A stretch of 64,000 bases of DNA from an uncultured Aestuariivirga sp. (lineage in GTDB: Bacteria; Pseudomonadota; Alphaproteobacteria; Rhizobiales; Aestuariivirgaceae). The position numbers and the translations under genes were made by a program. The stretch covers positions 4,252 to 68,251 of the forward strand of contig CAZRZB010000002.1 in assembly GCA_964604435.1 (NCBI GenBank), in the 5' to 3' direction. The first letter of the stretch is position 1, and each line of letters starts with the position of its first letter. Under the pieces are notes generated by a model. The model did not search any database. It saw only the letters and a program-made list of their open reading frames with translations, and was not told the DNA's origin. Of this stretch, positions 26,868-36,457 are shown one piece after another.

Positions 26868-27941
26868 ATGACGATGAGAGTAGAAATGCCGAATGCAGCA
26901 CCAGAGTCCGCGAGCGTCCTGAACTCATCGGCTCCGGTGCTGAGCGACGGCGAGGTACGGGCCCTGCTCGCCGACATTTACGGCATCGAGGGTGTCATTT
27001 CGCCGCTTACCAGCGAGCGCGACAAGAACTATCACGTGCTTTCCTCCGACGGCCGCGACGTGCTGCTGAAGATCACCAATGTCGCCGAACCGCGGCCCAT
27101 CACGCGGTTCCAGACCGAGGCCTTATTGCTGATAGCACGTCTTGCTCCATCGCTGCCGGTTCCACGAATCGTCCCCACACGGACCGGGGAAATACAGCAG
27201 GTCATAGAACTGCCGGGGCAGGGCGCCAGCGTTGTCCGCCTGTTGACCTATCTGCACGGCGAGCCGCTGCACAGGACAAAACGCACAACCGTGCAGCGCC
27301 GCAACATCGCGACCTGCCTCGGGTTGCTTGATCTCGCGCTGAAAGGGGCCGCGCCGCCATCGATCCCGCACGAGCTGCAATGGGACATCAAGAATGCCGC
27401 AAAGCTCAGATCGAAGATCGCTGCTCTGGCCGAACCAGTTCAATACGCACGAGTGGCGCGGATACTCGATGATTTCGATAACAAGGTTGCGCCACTTCTG
27501 CCGAGCCTGCGCAAGCAGGTGATTCATAACGACTTCAATCCGCACAACATCCTTGTGGCGCCCGACGACCCAACGCGGGTTACGGGCATCCTCGACTTCG
27601 GTGACATGGTTGAGACGCCGCTCATCATTGATCTGGCGACTGCATGTGCCTATCAGGCCGCTCCGACGTCGCATCCACTGGAAACCATTGGCGAGTTCGT
27701 GTCCGCGTATCACGGTGTCTACCCCATCGAGCCGGATGAGTTCCGTGTACTCTTCGATCTGATCAAGACGAGACTGGCGACAACGATTACCATTACCAAC
27801 TGGCGGGCCCAGCGCTATCCTGAAAACAAGGACTATATCCTACGAAACACGGGGCCGTCCTGGTCGGCCCTCGACCTGATCGAGGAAGTCAGAAGTGATG
27901 AGGCGCTGGACTATTTCCTTCGCCTCTGCATGGTGAGGTAA
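26868..27941 (+). CDS. APH-fold kinase, hydroxylysine kinase-like
   Basis: LTSERDKNY, LLKITN, Brenner motif IHNDFNPHNIL, ILDFGD. Confidence 0.85.
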   Translation: MTMRVEMPNAAPESASVLNSSAPVLSDGEVRALLADIYGIEGVISPLTSERDKNYHVLSSDGRDVLLKITNVAEPRPITRFQTEALLLIARLAPSLPVPRIVPTRTGEIQQVIELPGQGASVVRLLTYLHGEPLHRTKRTTVQRRNIATCLGLLDLALKGAAPPSIPHELQWDIKNAAKLRSKIAALAEPVQYARVARILDDFDNKVAPLLPSLRKQVIHNDFNPHNILVAPDDPTRVTGILDFGDMVETPLIIDLATACAYQAAPTSHPLETIGEFVSAYHGVYPIEPDEFRVLFDLIKTRLATTITITNWRAQRYPENKDYILRNTGPSWSALDLIEEVRSDEALDYFLRLCMVR

Positions 27942-27946
27942 TCGGA

Positions 27947-29290
27947 ATGACGCGCGACTCCACAATGGTGAATGCATTTGTCCCTGGCAATGCAAAGCTT
28001 ACGGATCACGAAACTGCACTTATCGAGCGTCGCCGCAAGCTGCTCGGTCCAGCCTATCGGCTATTCTATGGAAGGCCTGTCGAGGTGGTTCGTGGCGAGG
28101 GTGTTTGGCTACACGATTCGGCAGGCAACGCTCTGCTCGACGTCTACAATAATGTTGCTTCGCTTGGCCACTGCCATCCCTACGTGGTGTCAGCGATGTC
28201 GCGACAGGCCGCGATCTTGTCTACCAACACCCGGTATCTCAATGAAGCTATTCTCGACTACGCAGAACGCCTGCTGGCCTATTTTCCTTCGGAACTGAGT
28301 AACCTGATGTTCACCTGCACCGGCAGCGAGAGTAACGATCTTGCCATGCGGCTGGCGCGGGCGAAGACCGGCGGCACCGGATTCATTGTCACGGATTGTG
28401 CCTATCATGGAACCAGTCTCGCCGTGTCGGGGCTCTCACCGTCGCTCGGCGTGCATGTCAACCTCGGAGAGCATGTTCGAACAGTCGCGGCCCCCAATGC
28501 CTACCGCTTGGGGGCTGACAAGGTCAATGAAGAATTCCGCAAGGCCGTCCAGGCCGCAATTGACGATCTGTTGCGCCACGGTATCAAGCCGGCCGCCCTT
28601 ATCGTGGACTCGATCTTCTCCAGCGACGGCGTGCTTCCGGATCCCGCTGGCTTCCTCTCTGGCGCTGTCGAAGCCATCCGCGAAGCTGGCGGCCTCTTCA
28701 TCGCGGATGAAGTGCAGCCAGGCTTTGCGCGGACGGGGAGCCACATGTGGGGCTTCCAGCGCCATGGCGTGGTGCCTGACATGGTGACGCTCGGCAAGCC
28801 CATGGGTAACGGCTATCCCGTTGCAGGTCTCGTGGTGCGGCCCGAGGTAGTGGAGGAGTTCGGGCGCAAGGCCCGCTACTTCAATACATTCGGCGGCAAC
28901 ACGGTGGCTGTGGCTGTTGCGGCAGCGGTGCTCGACGTCATAGAGGAGGAAAGGCTCCAGCAAAATGCCACTGAGGTCGGCGCCTACATGATGGGGGGGC
29001 TGAGGGAACTTGCTGCGCGGCATGCGATCATCGACGACGTACGCGGCGCGGGCCTCTTCTTTGGTGTCGAGATCGTCGGGAATAAGGCAACCCGCGAGCC
29101 GGATCCGGATGTCACAGCCAAGATCGTCAACGGGTTGCGGGAGAACAACGTGCTCATCAGCGCAACGGGCCCCTCCGCCAACATTCTGAAGATTAGGCCC
29201 GCCTTGGTCTTCTCCCGCGCAAATACGGATATTTTTGTCGAGAAGCTTGACCTTGTCCTGTCTGGACTGAAGCTTGGGAGCGCTGCATGA
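27947..29290 (+). CDS. Class III PLP enzyme, phospho-lyase-like (AGXT2L/PHYKPL type)
   Basis: DVYNNV, TNTRYL, CTGSESND, AYHG, DEVQPGF, TLGKPMGNG, YFNTFGGN; adjacent to the kinase. Confidence 0.85.
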   Translation: MTRDSTMVNAFVPGNAKLTDHETALIERRRKLLGPAYRLFYGRPVEVVRGEGVWLHDSAGNALLDVYNNVASLGHCHPYVVSAMSRQAAILSTNTRYLNEAILDYAERLLAYFPSELSNLMFTCTGSESNDLAMRLARAKTGGTGFIVTDCAYHGTSLAVSGLSPSLGVHVNLGEHVRTVAAPNAYRLGADKVNEEFRKAVQAAIDDLLRHGIKPAALIVDSIFSSDGVLPDPAGFLSGAVEAIREAGGLFIADEVQPGFARTGSHMWGFQRHGVVPDMVTLGKPMGNGYPVAGLVVRPEVVEEFGRKARYFNTFGGNTVAVAVAAAVLDVIEEERLQQNATEVGAYMMGGLRELAARHAIIDDVRGAGLFFGVEIVGNKATREPDPDVTAKIVNGLRENNVLISATGPSANILKIRPALVFSRANTDIFVEKLDLVLSGLKLGSAA

Positions 29291-29520
29291 GCCATACAAT
29301 TTTCTCACCCCTTCCCGGAACCTTCTACAGGAAGCCCACACCCGACAAGCAGCACTACAAGGAGGATGGCGACGCGGTGGTTGCGGGAGACGTCATCGGC
29401 CTCATCGAGGTGATGAAGTCCTTCCACGAAGTGAAGGCGGAGGTGGCGGGCAAGATCACGTTCGCCGCCGAGAACGAGGAACCGGTGATGGCGGGTCAGC
29501 CCCTGGCCGAGATTTCCTGA
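29287..29520 (+). CDS. accB: Biotin carboxyl carrier protein (short)
   Basis: SPLPGTFYRKP...IEVMKS biotinylation motif; 77 aa. Confidence 0.85.
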   Translation: MSHTIFSPLPGTFYRKPTPDKQHYKEDGDAVVAGDVIGLIEVMKSFHEVKAEVAGKITFAAENEEPVMAGQPLAEIS

Positions 29521-29522
29521 CG

Positions 29523-30890
29523 ATGCCGATCACCAAGCTCCTCATTGCCAATCGCGGCGAGATCGCCGTGCGCATCATCCGTGCGGCGAAGGAGCTTGGC
29601 ATCAGGACCGTGCAGGCGCATTCGGCGGCTGATGTCGAGTCGCTCGCGGTCAAGATGGCGGACGAGGCGGTAAGTATCGGGCCGCCCCATGCCGTGAAAT
29701 CCTATCTCAACATCGAGAACATTTTGAAGGCTGCGCGAGACACCGGAGCGGACGCCGTGCATCCGGGCTATGGTTTCCTGGCCGAGAACGCTGGCTTTGC
29801 CGATGCAGTCGAGGCTGCAGGCCTGATCTTCGTCGGCCCCAAGGGCGATGCCATCCGCGTGATGGGCGACAAGGTTGCAGCGCGCGTTGCGGCCGAGGCC
29901 GCTGGAGTTCCCGTGGTGCCGGGCTCCGATGGCCGCATTGACGATCTCGACCGCGCCAAGGCCGTGGCACTCGCCATCGGCTTCCCGGTGATGATCAAGG
30001 CTGCGGCGGGTGGTGGTGGCCGCGGCATCCGAATTGCACATGACATGGCCGAATTCACCACGCTGATGCCGCAGGCTTCCGCTGAAGCGAAGGCTGCGTT
30101 CGCCGATGGTGGTCTCTATATCGAGAAGGTGATCGAGAAGGCGCGCCACATCGAAGTTCAGATCCTGGGAGACGGTCAGCGCGCCATCCATTGTTTCGAG
30201 AGGGAATGTTCGCTTCAGCGCCGCCGCCAGAAAGTCTGGGAGGAAGCTCCTTCCGCCGCTCTGCCTCAGGCCGTGCGCGAGAAGCTCTGCGCCTCTGCCG
30301 TGGCTCTGGCGGAAGCCGTGAACTATCGCGGCGCGGGCACGGTTGAATATCTCTACGACGATGAGACGCATCACTTCTATTTCATTGAGATGAACACCCG
30401 TATCCAGGTGGAGCATCCAGTGACGGAGATGATCACCGGCCTCGACCTGGTGCGTGAAATGATCCGCATCGCGGGAGGCGAGTCGCTGCGCTATACCCAA
30501 GATGACGTGCATATGAAGGGTCACGCTATCGAGGTCCGCATCAATGCTGAGGACCCGGCGAAGAACTTCATACCCTCACCGGGCACGGTCACGTCGCTGC
30601 GCGTGCCCGATGGTCCGGGCACGCGCTTCGATACCATGCTCTACCAGGGCTATCAGGTGCCACCCTTCTATGACTCGCTTCTGGGCAAGCTCATCGTCTG
30701 GGACGAGACACGCGAGGCCGCCATCGGGCGAATGGCGCGCGCGCTCGACGAGCTTGAAGTGGGCGGTCTTAAGACGACGAAGCCCTTGCACCAATTGCTG
30801 GTCTCGGATGAGAGCGTCCGCAAGGCCGACTTCCACACGCGGTGGCTCGAGCCCTGGCTCGAAAATAACTCCAATCGTCTGATCCCGTGA
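29523..30890 (+). CDS. accC: Biotin carboxylase
   Basis: LLIANRGEIAVR, HPGYGFLAEN, GGGGRG, EMNTRIQVEHPVTE, PFYDSLLGK. Confidence 0.92.
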   Translation: MPITKLLIANRGEIAVRIIRAAKELGIRTVQAHSAADVESLAVKMADEAVSIGPPHAVKSYLNIENILKAARDTGADAVHPGYGFLAENAGFADAVEAAGLIFVGPKGDAIRVMGDKVAARVAAEAAGVPVVPGSDGRIDDLDRAKAVALAIGFPVMIKAAAGGGGRGIRIAHDMAEFTTLMPQASAEAKAAFADGGLYIEKVIEKARHIEVQILGDGQRAIHCFERECSLQRRRQKVWEEAPSAALPQAVREKLCASAVALAEAVNYRGAGTVEYLYDDETHHFYFIEMNTRIQVEHPVTEMITGLDLVREMIRIAGGESLRYTQDDVHMKGHAIEVRINAEDPAKNFIPSPGTVTSLRVPDGPGTRFDTMLYQGYQVPPFYDSLLGKLIVWDETREAAIGRMARALDELEVGGLKTTKPLHQLLVSDESVRKADFHTRWLEPWLENNSNRLIP

Positions 30891-30922
30891 GTGAAGGAAA
30901 AAGGAATTACCACGCGCTGGCC

Positions 30923-31092
30923 TGAACCTGCCCCCATCTTTGGACCATGGTGCTGGTCTTCTTCCTGACCGCTTTGCTCAGACCGGGCCATGTTGGCTTA
31001 AGCAATTCATGAGCGAAATCGGCGGTTTGTTGCCGATCGCACTGTGCAGACGCACCTCATTGTAGTCTCTACGCCAATTCGCCAGTTTTGGA
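30923..31092 (-). mobile_element. IS3-family right-end remnant (copy B)
   Basis: Terminal TGAACCTGCCCCC; minus strand encodes KLANWRRDYNEVRLHSAIGNKPP; homologous to 17152-17325. Confidence 0.75.
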
Positions 31093-31127
31093 AAGACTTC
31101 GCCAAGTATCACTTTTTCACGATTGTG

Positions 31128-31520
31128 CTACTTCTCAGTCCTGTCTGCTTTGGTGCCCTCTTGTGCACCAATGATACTCCTGACTCGTGATTGAAGGGAT
31201 CGGATGGCGTCAACCCAACCCGGGAAATGCTCGATCAGCGACTGAATCTGCGGTGCTTTACCATCGCGGACGACATACCAGTTCTTGCCACCGTACTTGG
31301 CGGCCCCAATTTCGAAAGCCCTTGCCAAGGTTTCGGCATAGTACAGGCCCAGATCAGCGTTCAAAGCACCAGCTACCTGGGTTGTCCAAAGTTTGCCGTC
31401 GCGGGTAATAATTCCCAGATTAACGGTCCGGTCAGTCGGGCTGTCCCATTTGAAGCTCAGACCACTGCGAAACTCTGGATAGACTCCCAGCGGAGCGATT
31501 TGCTCTATGAATGATTGCAG
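31128..31520 (-). other. Possible 3' fragment of a hypothetical gene
   Basis: Protein-like reading frame (FIEQIAPLGVYPEFRSGLSFKW...) with no recognisable family; its 5' part collides with a plus-strand remnant. Confidence 0.3.
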
Positions 31521-31534
31521 AGCAGGGGTGATCG

Positions 31535-31711
31535 CTGGACGCTGCACGCATTGCCTATCGTGAACTCGTCCGGTGGATGGCAACTGATTACGGTTTCAAC
31601 GAGTTGGACGCCTACATGCTTTTGACGCAGGCTGGCCGTGTGCGGCTAGGGAATATGGTGGACCCGAAGTATACACTTGGAGCTTCAATCTCAAAAAAAC
31701 TACTGATTTGA
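31535..31711 (+). pseudogene. 3' remnant of an acetamidase/formamidase (FmdA/AmdA) family gene
   Basis: Reads LDAARIAYRELVRWMATDYGFNELDAYMLLTQAGRVRLGNMVDPKYTLGASISKKLLI*; no upstream coding part. Confidence 0.7.
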
Positions 31712-32266
31712 GCGTGAGTGTTTCGTCTGTCCGGGTCACAAGGGCGAAAATCATAACTATATGATTTAGCGCAGAATTCGTGTTATACGGTGCTGTTTTA
31801 CCCGCAGTGAAAAGGCTGCGTCGTGCTTGAGGACAATTACACGACAGCCGCGCAAAAGACCACACTCCATTTGAAGATCTCCGGCCTCCCTCAGGGACGT
31901 CCGTAACAGCAGCTTATGGGCCACCATAAGGGCTTCAAGCGTAGCCTCTGGGGCTAGAATTCGTTTTTAATTGGACAATCTGCTATATTTGACGATGAGG
32001 CGCCGCCAAGTATCTCCACAGGTTCGCCGGACAATGCTTTTGTCGCACAAGCATTATAGCCCTGGGAGAACGCTACCAACTGTGTGATGCTGTTGAGCCT
32101 CCAATTTATCTGACAACCGTACTTCCCGTGGCCAAAGAACGAATGATTCCTTGCCCAGATTCGTCACTAGGTAGGCGAAGACGGGTTACAAAGCTTGGGC
32201 CGGTTCTGGCAATGATGGAGGGATGGGCACGCGGTCCACATATCATAGGAATGCAGGAGGTAGACG

Positions 32267-33145
32267 ATGACAACCAATCCTAAATTGGTGCAGGCACCGA
32301 AGAATGTCGTGAGGTTCGATAAGCCGACGCTGGTGCGAAAGTCCGAGGCTGTTCGATTCCTGTGGGGCGACGAGCAATCCCACTACGTCCCCGACCTCAT
32401 CTATGGACGCGGGGAGCGCATCTCCGCGACGACTTTCAAGCTCAGCCCCGGCGAGTATTTCCGCACATCCGACACATGGCGGACGGTCTACGACCAAGAC
32501 CGCTACTACTATGTGGTCAGTGGCGAACTGACTATCCAGGATCCGGAGACCGGAGACATCGCCGTCGCGAGGCGTGGCGAGGCGGTCTATTGGCGTGGAG
32601 CACGCTACCATTTCGGCTACAACACCAACTTCGCGGAAACCCTGGTCCTCGATTGGTACGCGCCGAACGAGCGCGCTCTGGATGTTCCCGAGATCACGGC
32701 GTCGGCCAAGAAGCGCCAACTCGCCAAGCGCGTAGACAGCCGCGAAGATCTACTCGGGAACTGGCCGCACAACGCTTCAGCTGATCGCGCCTTGCGCGAG
32801 CGTGATGGACGTGTCCTGACTGTGCGCCGCAGCGATGCCCTGTCGTTCCTGCATGGTGAGAAGAACCCCATTCGGATCGACATTCTCGTGTCGAGCAAGT
32901 TGATCACCGGCGGTGTGATCGACCTGCGTCCGTCGACCATGAGCGACCCGGAAGTGCATCGCGGGGATGAAACGCTGTTCGCCCTCGATGAGCAGGTTCA
33001 TGTTTACCTGCCAGACACCTACGACTGGTTCGAGTTGAACCCGCTCGACGTCTTGTATATTCCGGGCGGGACGCGTCATCAATATGCGAACAATGGCTCC
33101 AAGACAGCTACGGTTGCATTCGCCGTCTCTCCAGACTATCGGTGA
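32267..33145 (+). CDS. Bicupin-type protein of unknown function
   Basis: RBS GGAGG; two cupin-like repeats (YYYVVSGELTI...RGEAVYW..RYHFG and EVHRGDETLF...VLYIPGGTRHQY). Confidence 0.7.
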   Translation: MTTNPKLVQAPKNVVRFDKPTLVRKSEAVRFLWGDEQSHYVPDLIYGRGERISATTFKLSPGEYFRTSDTWRTVYDQDRYYYVVSGELTIQDPETGDIAVARRGEAVYWRGARYHFGYNTNFAETLVLDWYAPNERALDVPEITASAKKRQLAKRVDSREDLLGNWPHNASADRALRERDGRVLTVRRSDALSFLHGEKNPIRIDILVSSKLITGGVIDLRPSTMSDPEVHRGDETLFALDEQVHVYLPDTYDWFELNPLDVLYIPGGTRHQYANNGSKTATVAFAVSPDYR

Positions 33146-33224
33146 TAGGGACCCCACCGGGTACCCGGCGAAGGTCCTGAAGCACTGATATCGCAAGAGG
33201 CGATTCAGTCCGGAGTTGTAGCCG

Positions 33225-34259
33225 ATGGCAAGGACGGACGTGGGACAACAACTGCCGCGTGACATTGGCATCCTGTTGATGCCAGGTTTTTCGATGCTCG
33301 CCTTCTTCGCGATTCTCGAGCCGATCCGCCTTGCCAATCAGTTGCTGGGGCGCGCCCATTACAGCTGGAGGGTTTTCACGCGCGACGGAACCGCCGCGCG
33401 CGCGAGCTGCGGTATCGCCGCCGCTGGCAATTGCCTGCCCGAGGTGAAGGCGGCGCCGAACTGCCTCATCGTCATTGCAGGTTTCGATCCCTGGCCGCAG
33501 AATGACCGCCAGCTCATGTCATGGCTTCGCAAGTTCGATCGCCGCGGAGCGGTGCTGGGCGCTGTGGATACCGGCTCCTTCCTGCTCGCATCCGCGGGCC
33601 TCCTCGACAATGTGCTGACGTCTTTGCACTGGGAAAGCGCTGCCGCCTTCAGCGAACTTTTCCCAAACATCCCGTTATCGGAGAAGCCTTACGAATTGCA
33701 CGCGAGGCGCATTCTTTGCGCCGGCGGGGCGGCCGTGCTGGACATGATTCTCGAAATGCTTGAAAACGAGCATGGCAGCTGGCTCGGCGATGCGATCGCG
33801 AGCCGCCTCATGCTGGAACGGCGGCGGAAGCCGGCGGCCGGTTTCGGCACGACTTCCGACATTCCCGGTGCCGCCGACGATTTGCACCAGATTATAAGGG
33901 TGATGGAACAGCATATCGAAGTACCTATCAGGATCTCGGATGTCGCGAGTCTCGCCTCACTGTCTCAACGAAGCTTGGAGCGCAAATGCCACCGCGCCAT
34001 GGGGCGCACCCCCCAGCAGGTCTATCTTTCCGTGCGGCTGAAGAAAGCCCGCCAAATTCTCCGGCACAGCAATCTGGCAGTGCGCGAGGTGGCGCTGGCC
34101 TGCGGCTTTACCTCGGTCTCGTACTTCTGCCGGGCTTACAAGTCGCGCTACCAGATTCAGCCGGGGAGCGATCGAACCATCGACGAGACTCTTGCGCCGC
34201 CATCCTCGTCATTGGCGAGCGCAGGCAACGCCCCGGCGAACCTGGGCAATGGCCGCTGA
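33225..34259 (+). CDS. GlxA/GbdR-type AraC regulator (DJ-1 domain + HTH)
   Basis: PGFSMLAF..EPIRLAN, AVDTGSFLLASAGLLD, HWE, VALACGFTSVSYF. Confidence 0.9.
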   Translation: MARTDVGQQLPRDIGILLMPGFSMLAFFAILEPIRLANQLLGRAHYSWRVFTRDGTAARASCGIAAAGNCLPEVKAAPNCLIVIAGFDPWPQNDRQLMSWLRKFDRRGAVLGAVDTGSFLLASAGLLDNVLTSLHWESAAAFSELFPNIPLSEKPYELHARRILCAGGAAVLDMILEMLENEHGSWLGDAIASRLMLERRRKPAAGFGTTSDIPGAADDLHQIIRVMEQHIEVPIRISDVASLASLSQRSLERKCHRAMGRTPQQVYLSVRLKKARQILRHSNLAVREVALACGFTSVSYFCRAYKSRYQIQPGSDRTIDETLAPPSSSLASAGNAPANLGNGR

Positions 34260-34344
34260 AATACTGTGATACCGTTCGGCCTTCCGGCCAATTGCCTTCG
34301 GCCAAACCGAGGGGATGTCCGGAAAAGGGAAAAGGGAGAACATC

Positions 34345-35328
34345 ATGAGCGCTGTGACACCATCGAAATGGCTAGCCAGGGCCGTCATATCTGCCGCTTT
34401 TGCGGCTACTTTTGCATCGACCACGGTCGATGCTGCATCCGTTCCGGAATCAGGCGATGCAATCAAGCTCGCCAAGTATGACTGGACCGGTCAATACATT
34501 ACCACAGAGGTTGCGGCCGAAATCCTGCGCCGCATGGGCTACACTGTCGAAATCGTGCAAACGACGCAGGTTCCGTCGATGCAGGCCATCACCGACGGCG
34601 AGATCACGGCATCGCTGGAGTGGTGGAACCAGGGCAACAAGCCGCTTTATGACAAGGCCCTCGCGGAACAGAAGATCGACCCGCTGGGACCAACCGGCCT
34701 CAAAGGGTCGGAGGGCTGGTATTATCCGAGCTACGTCGTGGAGAAATGTCCCGGGTTGCCTGACTGGCGGGCGCTTGAGAAATGCGCCGAAATCTTCGCC
34801 ACACCCGAGACGGCCCCCAAGGGCCGCGTGCTGGACTACCCGGCAGAATGGAACCCGGACGCGCAGAAGTGGATTGACGCACTCGGCCTGAACCTGGTGG
34901 CTGCCCCCTCAGGTGGCGAAGGCGCCACGGCCGCGGAGGTCAAGTCAGCTTCAGCCCGCCAGGAACCAATCCTCGTGCAGTGGTGGGAGCCAACCTGGCT
35001 TGTCAGCGAGTACAAGCTCAACATCGTGACACTTGACGGGGACGGCGTTGCCTGCGGCAAGGCAAAAGCTGCAGGTGTGGAGACGACAAAATTGTTCGAT
35101 TGCGCCGGCAAGCCGATCGACATCGTCAAATTCGTCTGGCCGGGCACCAAGGACAAATGGCCGGCCGCCTACAAGTTCCTCCAGTCCTATCAAGTGAGCA
35201 ACGACTGGCAAGGCGCCTTGTCCAAGGCCGTCGAAGTTGACGGCAAGAAAGTCGAGGAGGTCGCCAAGGCCTGGGTAGACGCCAACGAGGCGGTCTGGAA
35301 GCCTTGGGTCGATGCCGCGGTAAAGTGA
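34345..35328 (+). CDS. Betaine/TMAO-type ABC substrate-binding protein (ProX/TmoX-like)
   Basis: Signal peptide; DWTGQ, EGWYYPSYV..CPGLPDWRAL..C..FATPET..KGR, VWKPW. Confidence 0.85.
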   Translation: MSAVTPSKWLARAVISAAFAATFASTTVDAASVPESGDAIKLAKYDWTGQYITTEVAAEILRRMGYTVEIVQTTQVPSMQAITDGEITASLEWWNQGNKPLYDKALAEQKIDPLGPTGLKGSEGWYYPSYVVEKCPGLPDWRALEKCAEIFATPETAPKGRVLDYPAEWNPDAQKWIDALGLNLVAAPSGGEGATAAEVKSASARQEPILVQWWEPTWLVSEYKLNIVTLDGDGVACGKAKAAGVETTKLFDCAGKPIDIVKFVWPGTKDKWPAAYKFLQSYQVSNDWQGALSKAVEVDGKKVEEVAKAWVDANEAVWKPWVDAAVK

Positions 35329-35413
35329 CGTTCAGAGCAAGCAGTTGACGGTTCGCAGGGATATCAACTGCTTGCTCCTTCTCTTTCTTAACGGCACAGC
35401 CTAGGGTAATGCG

Positions 35414-36457
35414 ATGAATGGTGGTGCCAGTCTCGACTGCGTCAATCTGTGGAAGGTTTACGGCCCGAATGCCGAGGAGGCGCTGAGGCAAGCCGACACC
35501 CACGACGCTGCCGCGACGGCAGCGGAGTTGCGGAGCCGGGGTCTGGTGGTCGCGGTCGGCGGAGTTTCGCTTTCGGTGGCGCCAGGTGAGACGTTTGTTG
35601 TCATGGGCCTTTCGGGGTCCGGCAAGTCAACTGTCGTACGGTGCCTGTCCCGGTTGATCGAACCGACGGCAGGCGAAGTGCGCATCGACGGCCAGGATGT
35701 CCGCGGCCTCAGCGAGTCGCAACTTGTCGAGTTGCGGCGACACAAAATGGGTATGGTTTTCCAGCATTTCGGCTTGTTTCCCCACATGACCGTGCTGGAA
35801 AACGTCGCCTATCCTCTGCGTGTTCAAGGCAAGCCCCGCGAAGAACGGGAGAAAAGGGCTCGTGACGTTATCGATCTCGTGGGATTGAGCGGGCGTGAGA
35901 CCAGCTATCCGCGCGAATTGTCCGGGGGCATGCAGCAGCGCGTGGGTATTGCGCGCAGTCTCGTCATCAAGCCAGACATCTGGTTTCTCGACGAGCCTTT
36001 CAGCGCCCTCGATCCACTCATCCGCCGGCAGATGCAGGACGAGTTCCTCCGCCTGCAGGCAGTTCTGAAGAAGACGATCGTTTTCATCACCCACGATTTC
36101 CTTGAAGCGCTGCGACTTGCTGATCGAATCGCAATCTTGCGTGACGGCTGCATCGTGCAGGTGGGCACCCCATCGGAGCTGGTGCTGCGGCCAGCCAACG
36201 ACTACGTCGCAGAGTTCACGCGCGATGTGCCGCGCGTGAAGATATTGACTGCAGCGGACATAATGGAACCAGCCGGAAAGGGGCTCGACGCCAGTTTCGC
36301 GGTGCCGGCCGGAGCGGTGATCGAAACCGTGATCCCCTACCTTGTCGGCAGTCGTCGCCCCCTTGCGGTGATGGGGCAAGGAAACAGCATCCTCGGGCAG
36401 ATCACCGTCGACCGTCTCCTTGTTCTACTCGCCCCAAAACCTGTTGTTGCACCATGA
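35414..36457 (+). CDS. ProV-type ABC ATP-binding protein
   Basis: VMGLSGSGKS, LSGGMQQRVG, DEPFSALDPLIR. Confidence 0.9.
   Translation: MNGGASLDCVNLWKVYGPNAEEALRQADTHDAAATAAELRSRGLVVAVGGVSLSVAPGETFVVMGLSGSGKSTVVRCLSRLIEPTAGEVRIDGQDVRGLSESQLVELRRHKMGMVFQHFGLFPHMTVLENVAYPLRVQGKPREEREKRARDVIDLVGLSGRETSYPRELSGGMQQRVGIARSLVIKPDIWFLDEPFSALDPLIRRQMQDEFLRLQAVLKKTIVFITHDFLEALRLADRIAILRDGCIVQVGTPSELVLRPANDYVAEFTRDVPRVKILTAADIMEPAGKGLDASFAVPAGAVIETVIPYLVGSRRPLAVMGQGNSILGQITVDRLLVLLAPKPVVAP

Noticed and set aside
29287-30890. Fatty-acid-synthesis acetyl-CoA carboxylase
   Set aside because: The short BCCP and linkage to AHS1/AHS2 point to the urea-carboxylase-like system; the symbols denote family only.
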